Assembly: GCA_964016885.1 (NCBI GenBank)
Contig: OZ024746.1
Coordinates: 15,066,001 to 15,130,000 of the forward strand
Direction of reading: 5' to 3'
Origin: Eledone cirrhosa
Taxonomy: Eukaryota
Length of the DNA stretch: 64,000 nucleotides
The translations under genes and the position numbers were made by a program. Under the pieces are notes generated by a model. The model did not search any database. It was not told the origin of the DNA and was given only the letters and a program-made list of their open reading frames with translations. Of this stretch, positions 1-12,700 are shown one piece after another; within the stretch, counting starts at the first letter, position 1; each line of letters starts with the position of its first letter.

Positions 1-921
1 GGTCAACACTACTCTATCACTGGTCAACACTACACTATCACTGGTCAACACTACTCTATCACTGGTCAACACTACTCTATCACTGGTCAACACTACTCTA
101 TCACTGGTCAACACTATATCACTGGTCAACACTACTGTATCACTGATCAACACTACTCTATCACTGGTCAACACTACTCTATCACTGGTCAACACTACTC
201 TATCACTGGTCAACACTACTCTATCACTGGTCAACACTACTCTATCACTGGTCAACACTACTCTATCACTGGTCAACACCACACTATCACTGGTCAACAC
301 TACTCCATCACTGGTCAACACTACTCTATCACTGATCAACACTACTCTATCACTGATCAACACTACTCTATCACTGGTCAACACTATTCTATCACTGGTC
401 AACACTACTCTATCACTGGTCAACACTACTCTATCACTGGTCAACACCACACTATCACTGTTCAACACTACTCTATCACTGATCAATACTACTCTATCAC
501 TGATCAACACTACTCTATCACTGATCAACACTATTCTATCACTGATCAACACTACTCTATCACTGGTCAACACTACTCTATCACTGGTCAACACTACTCT
601 ATCACTGATCAACACTATTCTATCACTGATCAACACTACTCTATCACTGATCAACACTACTCTATCACTGGTCAACACTACTCTATCACTGATCAACACT
701 ACTCTATCACTGATCAACACTACTCTATCACTGGTCAACACTACTCTATCACTGATCAACCCCACACTATCACTGGTCAACACTATTCTATCACTGATCA
801 ATACTACTCTATCACTGATCAACACTATTCTATCACTGGTCAACACTACTCTATCACTGGTCAACACTACTCTATCACTCGTCAATACTACTCTATCACT
901 CGTCAATACTACTCTATCACT
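1..921. repeat. 21-bp minisatellite (GGTCAACACTACTCTATCACT)n in kinase intron
   Basis: Direct tandem copies with G/A and other variants; continues past the left edge. Confidence 0.97.
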
Positions 922-1035
922 CATTTATTCCTCTCTCTCTCTTTGTCAGTCCGTCACTCTCAGTCCTCTGTCCTATTTAACTTACTCTCTATATCACTAT
1001 TGCTATTACTCATCAATCTTCACCTCTATTTCCAG

Positions 1036-3556
1036 ATATGTCATCAATGATTTATACAACAGCTCTTCCTGTGCTAAACTTCCTGTCAAGTGGGCTTCAC
1101 CAGAAGTTTTCCAGTTCTACAGATTTAGCAGCAAGTCTGATGTTTGGGCTTTTGGTAAGTAAACCCTCCTCCTCCTTCTCCACATGCAGGAAGATGTCTC
1201 AAGAAGTTACAACTTAACCTGATGGGGTCATATTGGGGTTTTCATCTACTTTTCCCTGGGAAAGTTTTTGTTTATCTGTTTATCTTATTTTATGGCTGTG
1301 TTGTTTGAGAAGTTGGCTTCTAAAGCATGAGGTACTGGGTTCAATCCTTACTCAAATGTCTTCTGTTATAGTCTTGGACTAACCAATATCTTGTGTGTGG
1401 CACCTTGGGCCAATGTCTTTTATTATAGTCTTTGACTGACCAATACCTTGTGTGTGGGATTTGGTAGAGAGGAATTCTGAAAGTTTGTTGTTTGTATGTG
1501 TGTTTTTGTATGACGTCAGAAAGGTTCATCTGGCCATAAAAATTTGCCATGGATAAAGCTTGATGTTAAGGTCGAACAGGAACAGATGTTAAATGATGAC
1601 TGATATGTTTTATTACAGGAGTTCTAATGTGGGAGATCTTCACCTGTGGAGATGAACCATATGCTGATAAATCAAACACTGAGGTCCTTGAGCTGGTCTG
1701 TAGCAGCAGTAGCCGGCTGGACAAGCCTATAGCCTGTCCGAGGGATGTATACCAGGAGATGAGAATGTGCTGGAAAAAGGTGAGTGCTTTCATATCTCTC
1801 TCCCTCTTTCATTTTTTTAATCTCAGTTATTCAGTTTCTTTCATCCCTTTTATCCTTCAGTTAATAAAATTAGTACCAATAATATACTATGCTCAGTGCC
1901 AGCCAAATTTAAAAATATATTTCTGGAGAGAGAAAAAGGTAGAGGGTCCCAAACTAAATATTCCTTTCGGTGTTTAGTTTCATTTTTTGATGTTCTGAAT
2001 TGAAATCCTGTTGGGTCTAATTAAGCATTTTCATATTGCCAAGATTGATGAAATAACTACCAACTATGAAGTGGTATTGTTGCTTCAATTTAACTACACT
2101 CTTTCTCTACTAATGTGACTCTATGCCTACTTCTTTTTTTTTTTTTTTTACTAGTATCAGTGTTTAGACTGACCATGCTGGTTAATGCCAGTTAATATCA
2201 AAATGAGATTAACTTGAGTACTTAAAATAACTGTATAAATATCTAAAATATTTAATATCTGCTAAGTGCACCTCAAGGTGAAGGGATATAACTCAATACT
2301 AAAAGATGTTTTTTGTTCAATGCACTGATGAATGTATTGCTGATATATACACATAACACACACATTATTTGATTTTTTTAAACCAAATAGAGTTGTCAAA
2401 ATTGATCATGGACTTACGAGCATTTAAGATGACATCAACTTAGAAATCCTTAATCTCTGTGAATGTTTTGGTGAAATCAATAGCTTTAAGGAGTGGTAAG
2501 GTGATTGAAGAATAGTAGTTGTTGATGTTGAATTGGATAAAACAGTAGTGTTCCTTATGAATGGCTTTGAACCAATTAATCACCATGAAAGAATTATTCC
2601 ACAAGGCTAAAAGGGTCATATCCCTAATTTTGGGTATAAACCTGCCTAAATCAGACTTTGTGGGGTTAATGAACTGACTATATGGGTTGTTATTGAAATT
2701 ACGTTTATGATCCTTCAGAGTCAAATAAGGAGAAATAGTGTTTAGAGATTTAGTCCAGTCCTGGATGTTAAGTTCCAAAATGACTTTTAAACTAGCGTTG
2801 TTGTTGTTAATAACACTTCGATTGGTTTTCCGGTAATGTTTGGTCACGTACTCCTCTTGACTTGGTTTTCTCAGAGTGAACATGTACAGCATTAGAATCC
2901 TTTATCAATCAGATTCTGTTCCTCAAATCTTTTTGGTATGAGTTGCTTCTCTTTCAAAATTGTTTACTCTATAGAGTACATCCTTTTCAAAAGGGTTATT
3001 GTATGTCTTAAATCCAAACTTTTCTTGCTGTTTATCAGCTTTATGCTGATGGTCAAATAGAAGACAAACCAACACATCCTTTTTAGGAATGGATGAGTAT
3101 TTTTAAATATGTCCTACTTGGTACCAGAATATTTTTTGTAGAAATATTAAGGTGTTTTTGTATAGTGGTTTGTCTGAAGAGTGCTCTACCGAAGGAACCA
3201 AATAGTAATAATAAATAAAAAGACGTTTTTGAACCTTTTTATGCCACTCGTAAACCTGTGAGCATGACATCATCTCATCTCTTTACACTTGCTGTAGTAT
3301 TCTGAATGCTTCTGATAGTTTTCCACAGCCAGACCAGAAACTTCAGATTGTTTCATTGCTCTGTACCCATCACTCAATCGCCTAAAATTGAGGAGCTGTT
3401 AACAAAAACATGAAAAAATATACAATAGCTGCAGAGAGCTGAGATTGCAATTATATATTCCCTGGCTATTATGTCACAGGGTGATGCAACCCGCTAATTC
3501 CTACCCCACCCATAGCTCACACAGCACACTGTCTTGTTACTTTTCTGACACACCTC

Positions 3557-3598
<42 letters not shown>

Positions 3599-3938
3599 GT
3601 AAAAAAACCAGGTTATATCCATAGTAAGTAGAGCACTTAGTCCAAAAGATGAGTTTGGTATAGAGTTAGTTCCACAACAAATTAGCAAACCATACTCGAG
3701 GATGTGCGTTTCACTGAACGGTTGTTATGAGTTAATAAATTTAGAGTTTATAAATATTTTCTGCTAAATCATTACAGGATGTTATGAGTTAATAAATGTA
3801 GTTTTTAGCATTTGAAGAATCTTGAATATATGTTTTCTTTTCTCTTTCTTCTTGCAGAACCCAGATGATCGATACACGTTTTCTATTCTACGAGAAAACT
3901 TAAGTAATTTATTGGAACAGTCCATCACCCAAACTTAA
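1036..3938 (+). CDS. Tec/Btk-family non-receptor tyrosine kinase, C-terminal kinase-domain exons (5' part outside window)
   Basis: Exons 1036-1154, 1619-1779, 3858-3938 (TAA), all AG/GT bounded and in frame: [67 protein letters not shown]...[22 protein letters not shown]...*. The activation loop and WEIFTCG match Tec/Btk29A as I recall them. Confidence 0.9.
1300..1500 (+). mobile_element. Degenerate tRNA-derived SINE with internal duplication
   Basis: B-box-like GGGTTCAATCC followed by a GTCTTCT..TATAGTC..GACCAA..CTTGTG body seen twice; a related fragment lies near 7375-7435. Confidence 0.55.
2300..3130 (-). mobile_element. Penelope-like retroelement reverse transcriptase fragment, decayed
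   Basis: ORF 2440-2892 carries [23 protein letters not shown] and [18 protein letters not shown], matching PLE RT motifs as I recall them. Confidence 0.75.
3222..3561 (-). mobile_element. Mariner (Tc1/mariner) relic: 5' TIR plus transposase N-terminal HTH
   Basis: Minus strand reads TA-CACGAGGTGTGTCAGAAAAGTAA next to a (TA)n tract, then broken [37 protein letters not shown], typical of the mariner transposase N-terminus. Confidence 0.75.
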
Positions 3939-4671
3939 AGGAATTCCATAAAAAATAAATAAACTAAAGATCAAAAACAAAAAAAAACAAAAAACAAAAC
4001 AAACATGGCTACCACCAGAAATAAGAATTACAACATGTACCTCTCTTTGCAGGCAACACAAGATATCTACACATGCCGGTGATGTTGGCTTTTATCAAAA
4101 ATGTTTGTTTTTATGTTTTGTCTGATTTTTTTTTTCTTGTTTATTTTTGTCTTTCATTCTCTCTTCATTTCTGTCACATTGTAATGACAACATTGTGGCT
4201 GCCAAAGCCATATTGCGAAACTTTGAATACTCCACAGATTTAAAGAAGAAAGTATAACCCCCTCCCCCTCTTCCCAAGGATATTTAAGCAAACGAACAAT
4301 ACATAAACTAAACTGAACACCCCTCCCCCTACCTGACTGGGAACAAGAAATGTATCTACCATATTATGTTATATTTTCTGTCATTAAAACATAGTAAAAA
4401 CCTTATTTCATTTTGTTATTTTCTTTACTACAAATGGTGATGTAATTAGCAATAGGAGCAAGGGTTCAAAAAGAACAGCACACTCTGGAACAGCTTTCTA
4501 AAGTTCTTATCAATTATTACACTCACATACACATATATATAATAAATATTTGTTAGTTTGGTTTTTGAGTGTCTGTATGTCTTAATTACTAGTTGCTATT
4601 CCACTCATGTTTTCTGTTTAATTTTGGTTGGAGTTCATGTTTGTCACCTCTGTGATTTATCTGAGCATTGC

Positions 4672-5006
4672 ATCTTTTTCTAATGTGCCCCTATGTTCTG
4701 TTTTGGCATGTTGGTGGAGTACTGATGAGTTTTTCCCATCCTGGAGTTCTCGGTAATTAGTAAAACACCCATTTCAAAAATTCCCCTGTACTAATAGGTA
4801 ATGCATAGTCTACGGGCTTGGCTTGTAGACTAACTGCAAAACTAGGAACGTAGTATATAGCAGAAGACGTATTGCGGGACAGTGTAATAGCTCGTAGCAT
4901 AGGAGAAAGAATAAGAGAACACTAGCGAGAACTCTAGGATGGGAAAAACTCATCAGTACTCCACCAACATGCCAAAACAGAACATAGGGGCACATTAGAA
5001 AAAGAT
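4672..5006. repeat. Inverted repeat, 81-bp arms (4672-4752 / 4926-5006), one mismatch
   Basis: Arms compared base by base; 173-bp spacer. Confidence 0.92.
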
Positions 5007-6774
5007 AAAAATAATATCCACAGAAAAATCACAGGTGACTTCGATGGACATAAGCGGCAGTACCAAGATGGATTCGGTGGGGTTCAAGAAATGAAGAGAT
5101 CGAGACTCCTGGAATTTGGTGATGTGAATTGGTTTCATTTGCAACACAAATTTCAGGAAATCAGCCACCTGTTCTACATCTTCAATCTCCACACACCTAA
5201 CCCACTGTAAAGTGGTCGTGTAGGTGTCACAATAAGAAGCGCCATGTACACTGAATGTGATTGGCGGTAGGAAGGGCATCCAACCGCCTGATCTAGCTTG
5301 TTTCACAACAGGACAACTCGTCTAACCCATGCTAGCTTGGAAAAATGGACATCAAACAGTGATGATTGTGATACATACATAAGCAAATATAATTTCAAAC
5401 ATATTTTATTAAATCCAACTTGGATTTTCCAGATAAAATTAAAAACATAAAATTTATGATAAAATACATTTATTTTTAACACAGAAAATCATACATATAA
5501 AAAAATGAAACCCTAAAACTTATGTTTCATAATAATTAACTGAGCAGTTGTTAAAGAGCATGTGGTGTAGTGAAGCACGGTTAATTAGATTGGTTTCATT
5601 TGGTGGTGTAGAACCATGACAAATAGAAATATATTCTAGACTGTTCTTTGTCCAGTTCTACAGTTACTGTTTAAAATTCTGACTTCTTTTAATACTTTAG
5701 AAATATAAGCATATTTTTCATATTTTTACACACATATTTGTATGTATATACTTAGGTATGTACACTCTTCCTTACACATAAACATTTAATGAATCCAGTG
5801 AAAACCCAGGTATGACCCTACACTCTTTGTAAAAGAATAGATACATACAGAGAGACATGTCTAAGTTTATATGTATGTATGTATGTTCAGAAAGAGAGGA
5901 CATACATACACAATTCTCTCTGTCCAATAAGGAGTAACAGAGGGAGGGTATATACACACAATAAGGGATAACAGAGAGGACACACACCCCAGAACCAGCT
6001 CATGCTACGTGTGAACTATAATTGGTAGAATATATGAAGGTTTTAAACAATCTTTGAGTAAAAAAATGTCATTCAGTTCTGATGTCAGCTATAAGACAGA
6101 AAAGTTCATGCCAGATCATTGTTTATAAGGAGAGTAGCAGGGGAGCTTAAACATATATACCCTTATCTTACAATCCCACACACATATGTAGTTCATACTC
6201 TGAACTACCCCATTTGTTAATGGAGGAATTTTAGGGAAGCGAAAAAGACAAATAAAATACAATAAAATGGGCAAAAATGCCAACTTTTGGTTTTGTACTC
6301 TTAAAGGACAGTTTTTAAACCTTAGTTACAGCTAATAAGTGACATATATACATACACATGTATATCATACATATAAGTGTGTGTAATGATATTGATAGAT
6401 GTGAGTGTTTATGCATATCACACACACACATTTGTATATGTGTGTGTCTGTTTATGCATATCTATTTGTATATACATATATAAGTGTGTGTGATAATACA
6501 TAGGCCAGATAATACAAATATTGCTTTACTATTGCTTTTCCTTATTATATGTGGTTTTTTAAAAAAATGTTTACAAAATAGAGATTTTCAAACATGCGAT
6601 AGTGGAGTGTTTCCTTTATATGTATGAGTATATAAGTACATATATGTATTTATATGAGAATATATACACTCAAACATAAACACACATGTATACACATTAT
6701 CATTTTAATACTTCAATAGACATTATACTTTGATATATTCTTTTAAAAACGATTCCTTGAGATATAGGAGGCAC

Positions 6775-9700
6775 TCAGGTGCTAACTGGAGAAGCTACCC
6801 TCTGAGCGGAACTTGAAGATAAAGAAGCAGAGGTATTCACAGCTTGGCTGCTATTACTACTGCTTGTACCACGTGCATTCCTGCTTTCCTGCTCTTTCAT
6901 AAGTCCTTCATATTCTTTCTGTAAATGGTTCTTCAGTTTTAGTAACACATTGTTTCGGATGTGGATTGGTTCCTAAAACAGAAACAAGAAGATTAGCAGA
7001 ACTGAACTAATTTTGATTATTTCCCAATACTCATCACCCACTTGATCTGAAACAAGACATTTAAGGAATTCAGGTGTTAACTGGAGAAGCTAACCTCTCA
7101 ATTGAGCTCGAAGTTATTCTGTCCCAAGCCCCCGGAGTCTCATCAGGCCAATGTTTAGCCTAATTCTTGTGGCATTAAGTGACAGAGTACAAAACTAACC
7201 CCTGGACAGGACACCAGTTCATTGCAGGGTTAACGCCCCAGCTATTACTGGTACTCATTTTCAGCTGAGTATACAGGAACAATTAGAAGATATTGAAGCA
7301 GAACAATTCACAGCTTGGTTACTTTTATTACTGCTTATGCCATATGATAATGAGATATAGACATATAGTTCAGTATACTGGGCATGTGTCTTCTACCATA
7401 GCCTAGGCTTGACTCAAACCTTGTTTATGAAATGGCTCTTGGGTGGTAGATTAATCTAATGCCCAGTCCAACACCACCATCTGGCCCTATCTTAGGGTGC
7501 ATTTCAAAGAGCCCATTCTATAGCAAGAATTACACTTGTCTCTCAAATAATGCCCCTGCATTCCCGCTTATTAATTTTTCAGATTTTTTTCCAACGCCGC
7601 TCGCTGTCTAATAAATTTTGCTAATCCATCTCTGGCGAAATTTTATTTTAAATGGTAGCATTCCTGTGACAATTTTCTTTATACATTAAAGAATATTACA
7701 AGAAATCCCATACGTTATAAATATATGTAAACTAAACGACTATGTTTTTTTTTTTTTTAAATCAACGGAGACAACCTAGAAAAAATAGCGCCCCCACCCC
7801 AATTATTTGGCATCCAGGAGTAGAACCAGCTATCCACTGCCAAGGGAGATATCTTGATGTGCTGCTTTCTATGACAGTAACCCATGAGTTGTGATTCTTT
7901 CACTCTCAAGGACTCATAGATCCAGCAGAATTCATGATCACTACAGTATAATGAAATTGACTTTCTTGGTTAGATTAGCTGACATCTTTAATGTCCAATC
8001 AAACCAAATCTCTAACTCCACTCTTTTCTGTTCAGCATTCTTTGTACGTTTAACATGAAAAAAAGACAAATAAATTTTTTTCAAATAAATAACAACAACA
8101 ACGTACCTGTGGCCTCAGGCATGGGTTCCATCTACAGTAATAACCAATCCAAAGCTCTAACTGCCTCATACTTGCAACTGGGAGTAAGACATGTTGGTCT
8201 AAGTAAGTAGCATAGAGGGGATTAAGATACTCCTGAATGCCACTGTTGATGTGACTCCACAGGGAATGGGTTTTTGTCTTCAGTTCCTAAAGGCAATTAA
8301 ACAGGGATTCAGTGAAAAGAGAGTAAATATGACATTCCACAAACTTGCTTTTAAACTTTCAATATATTTACACAGATGCACACATACGTTGTGTGACTCA
8401 TCATCGTTTAACGTCTATCTTCCACGCTAGCATGGGTTTAGACGGGAATTGTCCCACTTGAGGCAAGATTGGTTGGGTGACCATGTCTTGCTCGTATAGG
8501 ACTGTCTGGCGGGTTTTCTACAGCTGGATGCCCTTCCTAACACCAATCACGTTTACAGTGTGGACTGGGAGGTTTTTACCGTGTTACCTAAATGGCCACA
8601 TTACAGCGTGGACTGTGTGTTTTTTTTTGTCGTGACACCTACACAACCTCATTTATTTAGGACTGGATGTTGGTGGGAGTGGGGTGGAGTAGGGGTAGCG
8701 GGATGGGGTGTATATTTGGTTAAGAGGTGCCTACTGACTAGGTTTCGCTTTGTACATAGGCAAAGCGGGTCTTCTGTATTACTGCGTAGCGCCAAAGATC
8801 TCGGTCCAGTGACACTGTCTTAGAGAGGTGAAAGTGTGTGAGGTCGGAATTTATCAAATCGTCCCAGGTTTTTTTTGGTCTACCTACTCCGTAACTTCCA
8901 TCAATTTTGATTGCCCTGCACTTTTTCATACAACTGTCGTCTTTCATGCGCATCACATGACCATGCCAACGCAGTCTTCTCTCAAGTAAACAGCATCTGA
9001 TCTCTCTTATACCTAATTTCTCACTTAGTTCATTTATGCTTTGCCGTTCACGTATATTACTATTACACATCCAGCGGAGCATGCATGCTTCGTTCCTCTC
9101 CAGTCTGTGCAGATCCTCTGCACACAATGCCCATGTCTCACTGCCATGTAGCATTGCTGTTCATATACAGGCATCATACAATCTGCTTTTCATTTTTAGA
9201 GAGAAACTTTTAGTGGCCAATAGTGGTATAAGCTCTCTGAACTTTTTCTATCCAGTTCTGATTCTAGTTACTGTACTTTCAGAGCACCCTCCACCACTGC
9301 TGATTTTGTCACCCAGGTAACGGAAGGTGTCCACTATTTCTATAGGACCATCTGGGCAATAGAAGGAGCTAGTATCCTGTGGGCACTTGCTACTTATTTC
9401 ACCTGAGCATCGGCCACATATAAAATCTATGTTCTTAGATAGCTGACTGTGTGTATATATATGTGTGTGTGTGTGTGTGTATGTGTGAGAGACTATCAGC
9501 AGGGTGAGAAGAGACAACTAGCAGTAGATATCATACATACCTCTTTAACTGAACATGTGTGTGTATCAGTGTGACAGTATGTGTGCATGTGTATATATAT
9601 ATGTGCGTGTGTGTATGTGAGACTGTCGGCTACGTGAGAAGAGAGAGAAGTAACAGTAGATACAATTGATAGCTTACCTCTTTAACTCGCTGTTGTTCAG

Positions 9701-12700
9701 AATTGTACAAGAATGTTCCAAAGAGGCAGGAATAGAGATGATCCATGATGGTTATTAAAAAATATTCGTTGAACTCAAAAGCAATTGGAAACTAAAGACA
9801 GAGACAGAAAAGAAGAAAGTATTATTTGGCAGTATTGGTAGAGGGTCAGACGCCATGCTTTGATGCATAGAGTTACGGCCCTTGCCATTCTGAGTTCAAA
9901 TCCCGCCGAGGTTAACTTTGTCTTTCATCCTTATGGGGTCGATAAAATAAAGTACCAGTAATGCACTGGGTAATTGCTGGCCTTGTGCCAAAAGTAGAAA
10001 CAATTATTTGAACAGAAAGAAAACAAACTTTGTGCAAGATGATTGTAACAATTGCTGCAGAGGATTTAACCCTTTAGTATTTACATTACTCTATATGTAC
10101 TATTGTATTTCCACAGTAAAAGCTTTATCTTACATAATTATCTCACATAATATCGAATCTCTGAGATTTTGATGTTATTTATTTTGAGAACAATGCCTCA
10201 ATGTCAATATGAGTGGCCAGTTACGGCTGGTTTGAACAGAAAGAGGTGAGAGAATTCTGGCCAGATACATCCGGTTTAAATACTAAAGGGTTAATCTGTC
10301 ATTTTTAACAGCTCTACCAATTCACCTGTCATTTTAACAGCTATGTCACTTCACCTACTTGAAGATGAAGTAACCAACAACCCAAAACTGCTTTAATTTT
10401 ACAAACAGGTTCATTAGTGAAGGAGTTTTTCGATAAACGTTTTTTTATATCACATCGTTACTAACGAACTGTAATTTCTCATTAATTACCTGATTAGCCA
10501 TTTGCCAAACACAATCAATAAACTGCAAAAACACAGGAGAGCGGTCAGCATCAGAGTGTTTATCTTCACCATGTCCAATTCTCTGCAATAAAAAAGTGCA
10601 AGTGGAATTCAGTATATATGTAAAATCATCATCATCTAACATGTATTTATTAGACCTGTGAACCTATCTATAGTTAGCATAGAGTTCAATTAACAAAATC
10701 CCAGACCATTTGCTTACTGAGTAGGGAGGAACTCGTCAAATGAAACCCAAGAAATAATGTTTCTATTGGTCTTTCTAATTGCTAATGATATCTACCAGTT
10801 GCATCTATCTAAAATACAGGAATGTAGGCATAACGACCGTTTATAAACTTCCCTGTTAAAGTTTAAACAAATGTGAAAAACCTTTTGTTATTCTCTTTAT
10901 ACACTGAAAAACAAAAGAGATTGCCTACATATGTTTCATGGCTAATTGGCAGTTTATCAGTAGCTACTTATTGTTATCTTTCTGTCCACAAAGATATATT
11001 TGTTAAACTGCTGAAACAATAATTCCCCTATGATTCACGGTTAAGGTTTCTGGCTGGGAATGTTGCCTGAGACGTGCAACCAAGCGCATACTCTCCATCA
11101 GACACCTACCATACTCTGAACGCCTTGCTTCCCTGGGCATGGATTCATTGAAGCTCCGATGTCTGACAATGGACTTGGTAAATACCCACAAAGTTATTAA
11201 CCATCTCACCAATTGCAACCCTGAGCACCTTTTTGATCTCCATGTGTCTAACACACGTGGACATGCCTACAAAATCAGAAAACAGCACAGCTCCCATGAC
11301 TTTCGTAGACATTTTTTCACGCTCAGAGTTGCTGAAGCATGGAACAAACTGCCTGCGTCAGTTGTTAACTGCTGAGACACTGCATCCTTTAAGACACTCA
11401 TGCTTCCTGAAATACGCCAAAACTATACCTGATGTACCCCTTCCATACACATGCACACATGTGTGTATCATGACTCATACACTGTTCATTTTCCTGATAT
11501 TTGTACATTACCCTATGTACTATACATACACTTTTTGATGAGTTGTAGTGCACCTGAGCACTGTACACAATATTTCATTATTATATTACAATTGATCATG
11601 TGTGTGTGTGTGTGTTCCAAATGGATTTGTTGAGCAAATTGTAAGCAACAAGATCGAAATCCGATGATTTCAATCTAAACTCTTCTTCTTCTTATATATA
11701 TATCATCATCATCATCACCATTTAGTGTTCATTATAACCAAGAGTAGCCGACATATGTTGTCCCCATTTGCCAGTTGATTCAAAGAAAGTCACAGAATAC
11801 AGGTGTATTTTAAGCCAATTCTAAGTACTTTATTTTATCAATCCTGGAAGTAAAAAAGGCAAAGTCGATCTTGGTGGGATTTGAACTCAGAACATAGAAA
11901 GTCGTAACTAAATACTTCAAAGAAATTTGCTCGTTGCTCCACCAATTCTGCCAATATCCCACTAATTAAAAAACATCCCAATTTTCATATTTCATCAAAT
12001 AGCTTTTCTTCATCATACTCACTTGAGCAAATTTATGTCCAAAACTGAGCCATTCTTTTTCTATCAGGACTTCAAAACCTTTCACAGTTCGGTAGTAAGG
12101 ATCCAGCATGATCATTGCAAGGGAAGTGAGCTAAAGAGTAGACAAACAGTGAAATTAAAGTCAGATCAATGTTATATCATAATTGTAGTAGACAGACAGA
12201 CAGATGTAGTTGGTGCTATAGTGAGCACTTTTAAAACCTGGCAGAGCCCTTCTCCTCTTTAGGTCTGAACACAGCCAAGTTCTGAGAGAGAGAGAGAGAG
12301 AGATAGAGAGAGGAAGTGAGGAAGAGATATAGAGGAAGAATTGACTCCAGTACTAGGCTGATACCTTTTTTTAGACCTCGAAAGGATGAAAGGCAAAGTT
12401 GATCTCAGCAGGATTTGAACTCAGAGAGCAGAGAACCGGAATGAATGCCACAAAGTATTCTATCTGATGTCCTAACAACTCTACCAATTTGCCAGATCAC
12501 ATGTTCAGAAACCAATGAAACAATTCTTTAGCTGACTTCCTCTCTGTAGTTCTTCCTAGTCCAACATGTTGACAAGCCAGACAGGCATGGAAAATGGATG
12601 TGAAATGATGATGGTAACAGCTAAAATAACAGGTAGACAACAACAAACATTTGAAGATGTTATAAATTACCTGAGCAGTTCGGTCCCAACCATCACTACA

